Origin: Terriglobia bacterium
Lineage (GTDB): Bacteria; Acidobacteriota; Terriglobia; 20CM-2-55-15
Length of the DNA stretch: 64,000 nt
Assembly: GCA_965198225.1 (NCBI GenBank)
Contig: CBDAOY010000008.1
Coordinates: 480,001-544,000, forward strand
Direction: 5' to 3'
The notes beneath the pieces were generated by a model. That model was not told the DNA's origin. It made no database searches and worked only from the letters and a program-made list of their open reading frames with translations. Position numbers and translations under genes: made by a program. This document shows, piece by piece, positions 20,366 through 28,335 of the stretch. The first letter of the stretch is position 1; each line of letters starts with the position of its first letter.

Positions 20366-22087
20366 ATGTTACCCACGAGAACAACTATCGGACTTTGCTT
20401 GAGCGTGGTCGCGGCGCTATCCATGTCGGCGTTGATCCTGGCGGCCCCTGCGGATACTCCGGTGGCGGACGCAGCCATGCGCGGCGACCTTGAGGGACTG
20501 CGTGCGCTGCTCAAGCAGGGTGCGGACGTGAATGCTGCGCAGGGAGACGGGATGACGGCGCTACACTGGGCAGCGTTCAAGGATGACGTCGAAATGGCGG
20601 AGATCCTGACCTATGCCGGCGCGAACCTGGCGGCAGTCACGCGCGTCAACGCCATCTCGCCGCTGTTCCTCGCCGCTCAGAACGGCAGTGCGACGATGGT
20701 CGAGACGCTGCTGGAGGCCGGGGCCGACGCGAATGCCGCGATGGGGACAGGGACGACCCCGCTGATGCTGACGGCTGCATCCGGCAGTGCGGCGGCCGTG
20801 GCGGCGCTGATCGACAGCGGTGCCGACCCGAACGCGACGGAGACGAGGTACGGACAGACGCCGTTGATGTTCGCGGCCGCGCTCAACCGCGTGGATGCGA
20901 TGACGGCACTGCTCGAGGGAGGCGCGGACGCCACGGTAACGACGAACGTCGTCGACGTGGTCGCGCGCAACCGGCGCAACGGCCGGGGACGTTTCGGTCG
21001 GAGGCAGATCCCGCAAGGCCGCGGAGGGCCACAGGCTCGCCGTGGCGGCCGTGGCGGAGGAGGGGCGGGAGACCCGCTTCTGTCTGCTTCCGGAATACCC
21101 ATCAGCAGCGGCAATGCGGGTAGCGTCAACCGTCAGGAACTGGCCGCCGCTGCCGAAACAGCCGCCCAGCGGCGTCGCCGCGGTGGCGGTATGGGTGAAC
21201 GCGTTCCGCGTGTGGCGACCATGGGAGGCCTGTCGGCGCTGCTCTACGCGGCCCGCCAGGGACATTTTGAAGCGACCGACCTGTTGCTTGAAGCCGGCAT
21301 GGAGATCGACGAGCAGAGTCCGGGAGACAAGACGACACCTCTGTTCATGGCCGTCATCAACGGTCATTTCGATCTCGCCAAACACCTGCTCGACAAAGGT
21401 GCGGACCCGACGATCCCCAACGTGATGGGCGGGACGCCGGTCTACGCGGCGGCGAACGTAAAGTGGGCGCCGGATGCAGGGTATCCGCAGCCGGACACAA
21501 CTCAGCAGAAGACGACATACCTGGAGTTGATGCAGGCTTTCATCGACAAAGGTGCGGACGTCAACGCGAGGCTGGAGAGAGAACTGTGGTTTACCTCCTA
21601 CAACTTCGACCTCTCTCGCGTGACTTCTGCAGGGGCGACGGCGTTCTGGCGTGTAGCGCAGGTCAGTGACGTGGCCGCCATGAAGCTTCTCATCGCGGCC
21701 GGAGCCGATCCGACCATTGCGAACAACAACGACGTGACCCCGTTGCACGTGGCGACCGGCGGCGGTGTTCATGGCAACGATGAGGTCACCGCCCCAGGTG
21801 GCTGGATGCCGGCAGTCCGTTACCTGGTCGATGAACTGGACGCCGACGTGAATGCGGTGGACAGCCGCGGCTACAGGCCCCTCCACAATGCGGCCGCGAT
21901 CGGGCACCACGAAATGGTCCAGTTTCTGTTCGCTAACGGCGGCGACGTGACGGTGGTCAGCGAAGCCGGACAGACGGTGGCGGACATGGCAAACGGTCCG
22001 CGCCAGCGCATACAGCCGTTCCCGGAGACTATCGCACTGTTGTTGAAACTGGGCTCGCCGTTCAACGACAACTGCGTTTCGTGCTGA
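20366..22087 (+). CDS. Exported ankyrin-repeat protein ending in CVSC, copy 2
   Basis: Paralog of 14541-16343; start placed after GGAGGAG RBS. Confidence 0.88.
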   Translation: MLPTRTTIGLCLSVVAALSMSALILAAPADTPVADAAMRGDLEGLRALLKQGADVNAAQGDGMTALHWAAFKDDVEMAEILTYAGANLAAVTRVNAISPLFLAAQNGSATMVETLLEAGADANAAMGTGTTPLMLTAASGSAAAVAALIDSGADPNATETRYGQTPLMFAAALNRVDAMTALLEGGADATVTTNVVDVVARNRRNGRGRFGRRQIPQGRGGPQARRGGRGGGGAGDPLLSASGIPISSGNAGSVNRQELAAAAETAAQRRRRGGGMGERVPRVATMGGLSALLYAARQGHFEATDLLLEAGMEIDEQSPGDKTTPLFMAVINGHFDLAKHLLDKGADPTIPNVMGGTPVYAAANVKWAPDAGYPQPDTTQQKTTYLELMQAFIDKGADVNARLERELWFTSYNFDLSRVTSAGATAFWRVAQVSDVAAMKLLIAAGADPTIANNNDVTPLHVATGGGVHGNDEVTAPGGWMPAVRYLVDELDADVNAVDSRGYRPLHNAAAIGHHEMVQFLFANGGDVTVVSEAGQTVADMANGPRQRIQPFPETIALLLKLGSPFNDNCVSC

Positions 22088-22125
22088 GACCGAAAGAGGG
22101 CTAGTTCCTCATCGAACCGTGAACA

Positions 22126-22180
22126 AGCGGTTGAGCCATCATCCGGTGACAACGGACGGCGGTTCAGCCGCTCTTTTTTT
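22126..22180 (+). terminator. Intrinsic terminator after second module
   Basis: agcggttgagcc...ggttcagccgct stem followed by ctttttttg. Confidence 0.65.
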
Positions 22181-22218
22181 GTCTATCATGCTGTGAACGC
22201 ATTTTGTTGCAGAATCGG

Positions 22219-22343
22219 GTGGCGGGGCTTTTCACGACAACCTGCGATCCTCAAGTGTAGGTGCGCTCTATGAGCGCACAAATGCTCGCGGAACCACAAG
22301 TTGTGCGTCATAGACCTCACCTACACGTGAAAAGCCCCGCCAC
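22219..22343. repeat. GTAG-family REP doublet nested in a perfect 18-bp inverted repeat
   Basis: REP GTAGGTGCGCTCTATGAGCGCAC 22257-22279, inverted degenerate partner 22303-22324; outer arms gtggcggggcttttcacg 22219-22236 / cgtgaaaagccccgccac 22326-22343. Confidence 0.8.
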
Positions 22344-22467
22344 ACGGAGGGGTTCCTCCAGATGTCTCGGACAGCGTTGGGCACACCGCCGGCTGTTGCT
22401 CGACCCTTGCCAAGGTGATAGAAATAGAAAAAGTTTCAGGACCAGGCTGCAACGGAGACCAACGTCA

Positions 22468-24891
22468 GTGACACGACACATCATCGCAATCGTCGGTACC
22501 GTCGTTTTCGCGGCGGCCGTCGAGGACCCGGAATCGGAAGCCATGCCCGCCTCCTTCGCGGCCAGGCAGGCCCCGGCGCTGTCGGTGGAATCCCAACAAG
22601 CGTTGGTGGACCAGTATTGTCTCTGGTGTCACAACGACGTCGAGCAAGCCGGGGACATGACGTTGTCCGGCTTCGATGCAGCCCACCCTGAGCGAAGCGC
22701 GGAACTGGCGGAGAGGATGATTCGGAAGTTGCGGGCCGGCATGATGCCGCCACCGGGCCAGAGTCGGCCGGGAGCATCCGAACTCACGGCGCTGGCCACT
22801 TCGCTCGAATCGGCGATCGACCTGGCTGCCGAGACCCGTCCCAATCCCGGAACGCGCACCCTTCAGAGGCTGAATCGGCCGGAATACGCGCGTTCCATCC
22901 GCGAGTTGCTCGCGCTGGACGTAGATGTCGCCGCGCTCCTGCCGCCCGAGGGCATGGGGCAGGGTTTCGACAACATGGCGGACGCGCTCACGCTGTCACC
23001 GACGCTGATGGAAGGCTACATCCGGGCTGCGAGCAAGATCAGCCGTCTCGCTGTCGGGGACCCGAACGCCGCCCCCGTTGTGGCGACCTACAAAGTGCCC
23101 CGCACTTCCTCCCAGATGCATCGAGTCGAGGGGGCACCGCTTGGAACCAGAGGCGGAGTGTCTGTTGTCCACAACTTTCCGGCCGACGGCCAGTACGTCT
23201 TCAAGACGACGTTCTATGACACGTCTACTGGAGAGCTCTTCGGGCATAAAGCAGAGGGCGAGCAGATCGAGGTGTCGCTGAACGGGGAGCGTGCGGCCCT
23301 GCTTGATATCGATCCCCGAATACACGTTTCGAGAGAGGGCATGACGATCGAGACGGACCCGATCACGGTCAAGGCCTGTCCGCACAGGGTCTCGGCTGCC
23401 TTTATCGAGCGGATGACGGGGCCGATCGATGATCTGGTCCGGCCTATCCAACAGACTCTGGCTGACACCGAGCAGGCCAACGGCGACGGGATCACGACGT
23501 TGCCGCACTTGCAGGATCTGGGCATCAGCGGGCCGTTCAACGCGACCGGGATGTCGGATACTCCCAGCCGTCGCGAAATATTCAAGTGCCGCCCGACCCA
23601 TCCTGACGAAGAGTTGCCCTGCGCCACCGAGATCGTTTCGGATCTGGCGAGTCGGGCTTATCGAAGACCGGCGGATGAGGAGGACCTCGAGGGTCTGATG
23701 AGCTTCTACCGTGCAGGACGCGCCGACGGCGATTTCGAATCGGGATTACGATCGACATTGCAGGCCATCCTTGCGAGCCCGAACTTCGTGTTCCGGTTCG
23801 AGCACGAGCCCCCCGACCTCGATCCTGGCGAAAGTTTCCGGATCAGCGATCTGGAGTTGGCTTCCCGCCTGTCGTATTTCCTCTGGAGCACCCCACCCGA
23901 TCCGGAGCTTCTGAGTGTCGCGGCGCAAGGCGGTCTCGACCGCCGAGCGGTGCTGGAAGGCCAGGTCCGGCGAATGCTGGCGGATCCTCGAGCGGAGACA
24001 CTGGCCACGCGGTTTGCGGGGCAGTGGTTGAGGTTGCAGGATCTGGAGGGGATGCACCCGGACCCCCTGCTGTATCCGCAGTTCGATACGACCCTGGCGA
24101 GGTCGATGCGCCGCGAAACGGAGCTGCTCTTCGACAGCATCGTGCGGGAAGATCGTAATATCCTGGATTTCTTGACCGCGGACGACACCTTCCTCGACGA
24201 GCGTCTTGCCCGGCACTACGGGATCCCAAACATCTCGGGGAACCGATTCCGCCGCATCGCGGTGAGAGACCCGAATCGGCGAGGGGTGCTCGGCCACGGG
24301 AGCATACTGACGTTGACCTCGGTCGCGGACAGGACTTCTCCGGTGATGCGGGGCAAGTGGGTGATGGAAGTCATCCTGGGCACGTCTCCACCGCCACCTC
24401 CGCCGAACGTGCCGGAACTGGAGGAGACGGAGGTGGCGGACGGCGGCAGGCTTCTGACGCTGCGCGAACGCTTGGAAGAGCATCGGACGAACCCTGTTTG
24501 CGCCGCATGCCACCGGATGATCGATCCTATCGGCCTTGCGCTCGAGAACTTTGATGTGACTGGACGATGGCGCGAACTGGACAGCGGCGCGGTGATCGAT
24601 GCCGCCGGTGAGTTGTTTGACGGCACCCCTGTGGACGGCCCGGCCAGCCTTCGCCAGGCGCTCATGAAGCGATCGGACTCCGTTATCCGGAACTTCACGG
24701 AGAACCTCATGACCTATGGTCTGGGTCGTCGGGTCGAATACTACGACATGCCGGCTATCCGGGCGATTGTCGATGAGGCAGCGCGGCACGGAAACCGCTT
24801 TTCCTCGTTCGCTCTGGGTATCGTGGGGAGCGCGGCGTTTCAGCTGAGAACGGCGCAACAGAGTATGGATGGGAACGACCACCCTCACTGA
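22468..24891 (+). CDS. DUF1592/PSD-domain diheme c-type cytochrome, copy 3
   Basis: CLWCH + GMMPP and CAACH; GTG start at 22468 gives MTRHIIAI matching paralog starts MTKHILAI / MKKHVIAL, with GGAG RBS. Confidence 0.88.
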   Translation: MTRHIIAIVGTVVFAAAVEDPESEAMPASFAARQAPALSVESQQALVDQYCLWCHNDVEQAGDMTLSGFDAAHPERSAELAERMIRKLRAGMMPPPGQSRPGASELTALATSLESAIDLAAETRPNPGTRTLQRLNRPEYARSIRELLALDVDVAALLPPEGMGQGFDNMADALTLSPTLMEGYIRAASKISRLAVGDPNAAPVVATYKVPRTSSQMHRVEGAPLGTRGGVSVVHNFPADGQYVFKTTFYDTSTGELFGHKAEGEQIEVSLNGERAALLDIDPRIHVSREGMTIETDPITVKACPHRVSAAFIERMTGPIDDLVRPIQQTLADTEQANGDGITTLPHLQDLGISGPFNATGMSDTPSRREIFKCRPTHPDEELPCATEIVSDLASRAYRRPADEEDLEGLMSFYRAGRADGDFESGLRSTLQAILASPNFVFRFEHEPPDLDPGESFRISDLELASRLSYFLWSTPPDPELLSVAAQGGLDRRAVLEGQVRRMLADPRAETLATRFAGQWLRLQDLEGMHPDPLLYPQFDTTLARSMRRETELLFDSIVREDRNILDFLTADDTFLDERLARHYGIPNISGNRFRRIAVRDPNRRGVLGHGSILTLTSVADRTSPVMRGKWVMEVILGTSPPPPPPNVPELEETEVADGGRLLTLRERLEEHRTNPVCAACHRMIDPIGLALENFDVTGRWRELDSGAVIDAAGELFDGTPVDGPASLRQALMKRSDSVIRNFTENLMTYGLGRRVEYYDMPAIRAIVDEAARHGNRFSSFALGIVGSAAFQLRTAQQSMDGNDHPH

Positions 24892-24904
24892 CAGGAGACT
24901 TCTG

Positions 24905-26581
24905 ATGCGGAGAGGAGTATTCGGCGGCCTTTCGATGGGCCTCATTCTGGTTTCCGTGACGGGCCTGCTCCTCGCGCAGGCTTCCGACACTCCGGTAGCG
25001 GACCGGGCGATGGAGGGCGACCGAGAGGCGGTGCGTTCGCTCCTCAAGCTCGGCGCCGATGTGAATGCGGCTCAGGGCGATGGCCAGACTGCACTGCACT
25101 GGGCAGCTTTCAGGGATGACGTCGAAATGGCGCAGATGCTGATCTACGCCGGCGCGAACGTGGACGCGTCCGCCCGCATCAACGCTATGACGCCGCTGTT
25201 CATGGCTTCTCAGAACGGGAGCGTCGCGATGATCGAGACTCTCCTTCGTGGGGGGGCCGACGTGAACGGGGAGTTGACGACCGGCGCGACGGCGCTGATG
25301 TTGGCGGCTCGATCGGGCAGCGCGGATGCTGCGCATCTGCTTCTGCAGAACGGCGCGCAGGTCGACGCGGCGGAGACCGCCCGGGGGCAGACGGCATTGA
25401 TGGTCGCGGCGGCGAACAACCGTCCCGAGGTCGTTCGGCTCTTGCTGGAAAACGGCGCGGACGCGACCCTCACGACCAAAGTTACTAATCTGGCTGAACA
25501 GGAAGCGGCGCGGGAGCGCAGTCGGGGACGTGGAGGGCAGGCCGCGACCGCCGGCAGGCGGCGTGGTGGAATAGGGGGTCCAGGGGCGGAGGCTCAAGGC
25601 CCGCCGATGTCGGCTTCGGGCATTCCAGTACGGAGTGGAAATCAGGGCAGCGTCGGACGACAGCGGCCGGTCCAGCAGCGCGCTCGGGGCCCCAGGCCCA
25701 GACGCGTGGACACCACGGGGGGCCTGACCGCCCTGCTATTCGCGGCTCGAGAGGGGCACCTGGAAGCGGCGCGCGCATTGCTGGCCGGCGGAGCAGAGGT
25801 CAATGCCGTCAACCCCGGCGATAAGACCAGTCCGTTGCTCATAGCGATCATCAACGGTCACTTCGACCTGGGTCGGTCCCTGCTCCTTGAGGGAGCTGAT
25901 CCGACGCTCGCCAGCTCGCAGGGAGCGACGCCTCTTTACGCGACGGTCAACGTGAAGTGGGCGCCCCTGGCAGATTACCCGCAACCCGATACGACGCAGC
26001 AGAAGGTGACCTACCTGGACCTCATGCAGGAGCTGCTGGACCATGGCGCCGATCCCAACGTCCGACTGAGGAAGGAGCTCTGGTACACCTCCTACAATTT
26101 CGACCTGTCGCGAGTCGACGCCGGAGGGGCGACCCCGTTCTGGAGGGCAGCCCAGGTGAGTGATGTGGCGGCGATGCGACTTCTGGAAGCCGTGGGCGCC
26201 GACTCGTTCATCGGGACCAACGAGTCGGTGACGCCGCTCCACGTGGCCACGGGAGGGGGCGTCCACGGCAACGACGAGATCTTTGCTCCCGGTGGGTGGA
26301 TGCCTGCCGTCCGCTACCTCGTTGAAGAGCTTGGCGCTGACGTAAATGCGGTCGACGATGATGGCTACACGCCGCTTCACAACGCGGCGTCGATCGGGCA
26401 AAACGCGATGGTCCAGTACCTGTTCGACAGGGGTGCGGACGTGAAGGCCGTCAGCAACGACGGAGAGACGGTGGCGGACATGGCGAACGGGCCCCGGCAG
26501 CGAATCCAGCCTTTCCCGGAAACCATTGCGCTCCTGTTGAAGCTGGGTTCGCCGTTCAGCGATAACTGCGTGTCATGCTAG
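24905..26581 (+). CDS. Exported ankyrin-repeat protein ending in CVSC, copy 3
   Basis: Paralog of copies 1-2; AGGAGA RBS; follows cytochrome copy 3 directly with no DUF1552 gene. Confidence 0.88.
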   Translation: MRRGVFGGLSMGLILVSVTGLLLAQASDTPVADRAMEGDREAVRSLLKLGADVNAAQGDGQTALHWAAFRDDVEMAQMLIYAGANVDASARINAMTPLFMASQNGSVAMIETLLRGGADVNGELTTGATALMLAARSGSADAAHLLLQNGAQVDAAETARGQTALMVAAANNRPEVVRLLLENGADATLTTKVTNLAEQEAARERSRGRGGQAATAGRRRGGIGGPGAEAQGPPMSASGIPVRSGNQGSVGRQRPVQQRARGPRPRRVDTTGGLTALLFAAREGHLEAARALLAGGAEVNAVNPGDKTSPLLIAIINGHFDLGRSLLLEGADPTLASSQGATPLYATVNVKWAPLADYPQPDTTQQKVTYLDLMQELLDHGADPNVRLRKELWYTSYNFDLSRVDAGGATPFWRAAQVSDVAAMRLLEAVGADSFIGTNESVTPLHVATGGGVHGNDEIFAPGGWMPAVRYLVEELGADVNAVDDDGYTPLHNAASIGQNAMVQYLFDRGADVKAVSNDGETVADMANGPRQRIQPFPETIALLLKLGSPFSDNCVSC

Positions 26582-26869
26582 CCTGGATTTCTCACAAGAA
26601 ATCCAGGTTACCGCGTTTCCCGCGAGAACATTGTGTAGGTGCCCTCTATGAGCGGAACCATCTGTTAGCGTCGGGCCCACCGTCCCCTCACGACGAAAGA
26701 CTGAGCGTTTGCGGACCGAACTGCAGTGCGCGGGTTCGTGGAGAAAGACAGTTGGTCCGGTCCCCCCACGCCCTCCTTGACCCGAAGAGTGTGCGGTCAT
26801 AGACCGCACCTACAAGTTCTTGATAACTCTCGCGTTCTAGGGGGGATGCTTGTGAGAAACGCGGGTTAG
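26578..26869. mobile_element. MITE-like element (292 bp) carrying a REP doublet
   Basis: Imperfect 21-bp terminal inverted repeats ctagcctggatttctcacaag (26578-26598) / cttgtgagaaacgcgggttag (26849-26869), 17/21 match; internal REPs at 26635-26657 and 26791-26813; no transposase. Confidence 0.55.
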
Positions 26870-26877
26870 CAGCCCGC

Positions 26878-28335
26878 CTATTGAAGCAGTGAGAGTGTGC
26901 TTGCCGCCGACTCGGTCGCCCATTCCAGTACCCGGTTGGGAAGGATCCCCAGGTACAGAGTCAAGACGGCCGTGACGATGAGGGCGGCGCCCAAACCCGG
27001 CGCGACATCGACTCCCTCGAAGGGTTCCTTCGGCTCCCGCATATACATCTGCACGACCACATACAGGTAGTAATAAAAGGACACGACGGTCGTCAGGACG
27101 CCGATGATCGTCAGGCCGATGAGGCCGGACTCCACGGCCGACCGAAAGATGAAGAACTTGCCGGCGAACCCCGCCGTCCCCGGAATACCGGCCAGAGAAA
27201 GCAGGAACAGAGAAAGTAGTGCGGCCAGGCCAGGTCGTCGCGATGCCAGCCCCGCATAATCGTCCAACCGAACCAGGCGATCTTCCTTGCGGCCCAGGAG
27301 GGTCACGATCGCGAAAGCCCCCAGGTTCATCACGCTGTACGCCAGCATGTAAAACAGGGCAGCGGTCACACCCGTACCGCTCCCGGCCGCCAGGGCCACG
27401 GCGATGTAGCCGGCGTGTGCGATAGACGAATAGGCCAGCATCCTTTTTATATTGACCTGCACCACGGCAACGACGTTCCCGATGACCATGGTCAGCGCGG
27501 CTGCCACACCGATGACCAGGACCCAGCGGTCCTGGATTGCGGGGAAGGCCGTCAGAAAAATTCGCAACATCACGGCAAACCCAGCGGCTTTCGGCCCGAC
27601 CGACATGAAGCCTGTGACCGGAGTCGGGGCCCCTTCATAGACGTCGGGAGTCCAGACGTGAAACGGCGCCAGCGCCACCTTGAAGCCCAACGCAATCAAC
27701 ATCATTGCGGCCGACAGGTACACCAGTCCCATCTGAGCCGTACCCGCACGGATGGCCGAGGCGATCTCGGCCAGGTTCGTGCTCCCTGTCGCCCCGAATA
27801 CCAGGGCCACACCGTAGAGGAAGAAAGCGGAGGCGAAGGATCCGAGCAGGAAGTACTTGAGAGCGGACTCGTTGCATTTCAGGTCGCCGCGGCGGTATCC
27901 CGCCAGCACGTAGGTTGCGATCGAGAGGATCTCCAGCCCGATGAAGATCATCATGAGCTCGCCCGCGCCCGTCATCAGGAGCATGCCCGTGGTCGCAAAC
28001 AGGACGAGCGCGAGGAACTCCGAAGGCGGCACCTGTTCCCTATGCAGGAAATCCAGCGAGGCCAGAGTCGTGAGTGCAGCAATCAAGAGGAGGGTGACGT
28101 GGAAGAATATCGTGAAATCGTCCACGAGCCAGATGTCGGCGTACCACAACCCGCGATTGGAAGACATCGGCGCCAACGAGAGAAGCGCCAGCAGGATTCC
28201 CGTGAACGCGAGCCATCCCAGCCCGTGTTTCTTTTCCGTCCCGAGGAAGGGGTCGGCCACCATAATGGCGATGCCGAAAAGGGAGAGCACGATCGCAGGC
28301 AGGATCGACGCGAAGTTGATCACCGGCAGGTTCAT
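26878..28335 (-). CDS. nuoN: NADH-quinone oxidoreductase subunit N (second copy)
   Basis: ESALKYFLLGSFAS, FKVALAPFHVWTPDVYEGAPT, KRMLAYSSIAHAG. Confidence 0.95.
   Translation of the reverse strand: MNLPVINFASILPAIVLSLFGIAIMVADPFLGTEKKHGLGWLAFTGILLALLSLAPMSSNRGLWYADIWLVDDFTIFFHVTLLLIAALTTLASLDFLHREQVPPSEFLALVLFATTGMLLMTGAGELMMIFIGLEILSIATYVLAGYRRGDLKCNESALKYFLLGSFASAFFLYGVALVFGATGSTNLAEIASAIRAGTAQMGLVYLSAAMMLIALGFKVALAPFHVWTPDVYEGAPTPVTGFMSVGPKAAGFAVMLRIFLTAFPAIQDRWVLVIGVAAALTMVIGNVVAVVQVNIKRMLAYSSIAHAGYIAVALAAGSGTGVTAALFYMLAYSVMNLGAFAIVTLLGRKEDRLVRLDDYAGLASRRPGLAALLSLFLLSLAGIPGTAGFAGKFFIFRSAVESGLIGLTIIGVLTTVVSFYYYLYVVVQMYMREPKEPFEGVDVAPGLGAALIVTAVLTLYLGILPNRVLEWATESAASTLSLLQ

Noticed and set aside
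16341-22087. Selenocysteine read-through after CVSC (TGA stops in ankyrin copies 1 and 2)
   Set aside because: Copy 3 ends in TAG, and the sequences after the two TGAs share no conserved SECIS-like hairpin or coding similarity
22261-22467. 69-aa N-terminal extension on cytochrome copy 3
   Set aside because: Runs through the REP/palindrome block; GTG 22468 matches paralog starts and has an RBS
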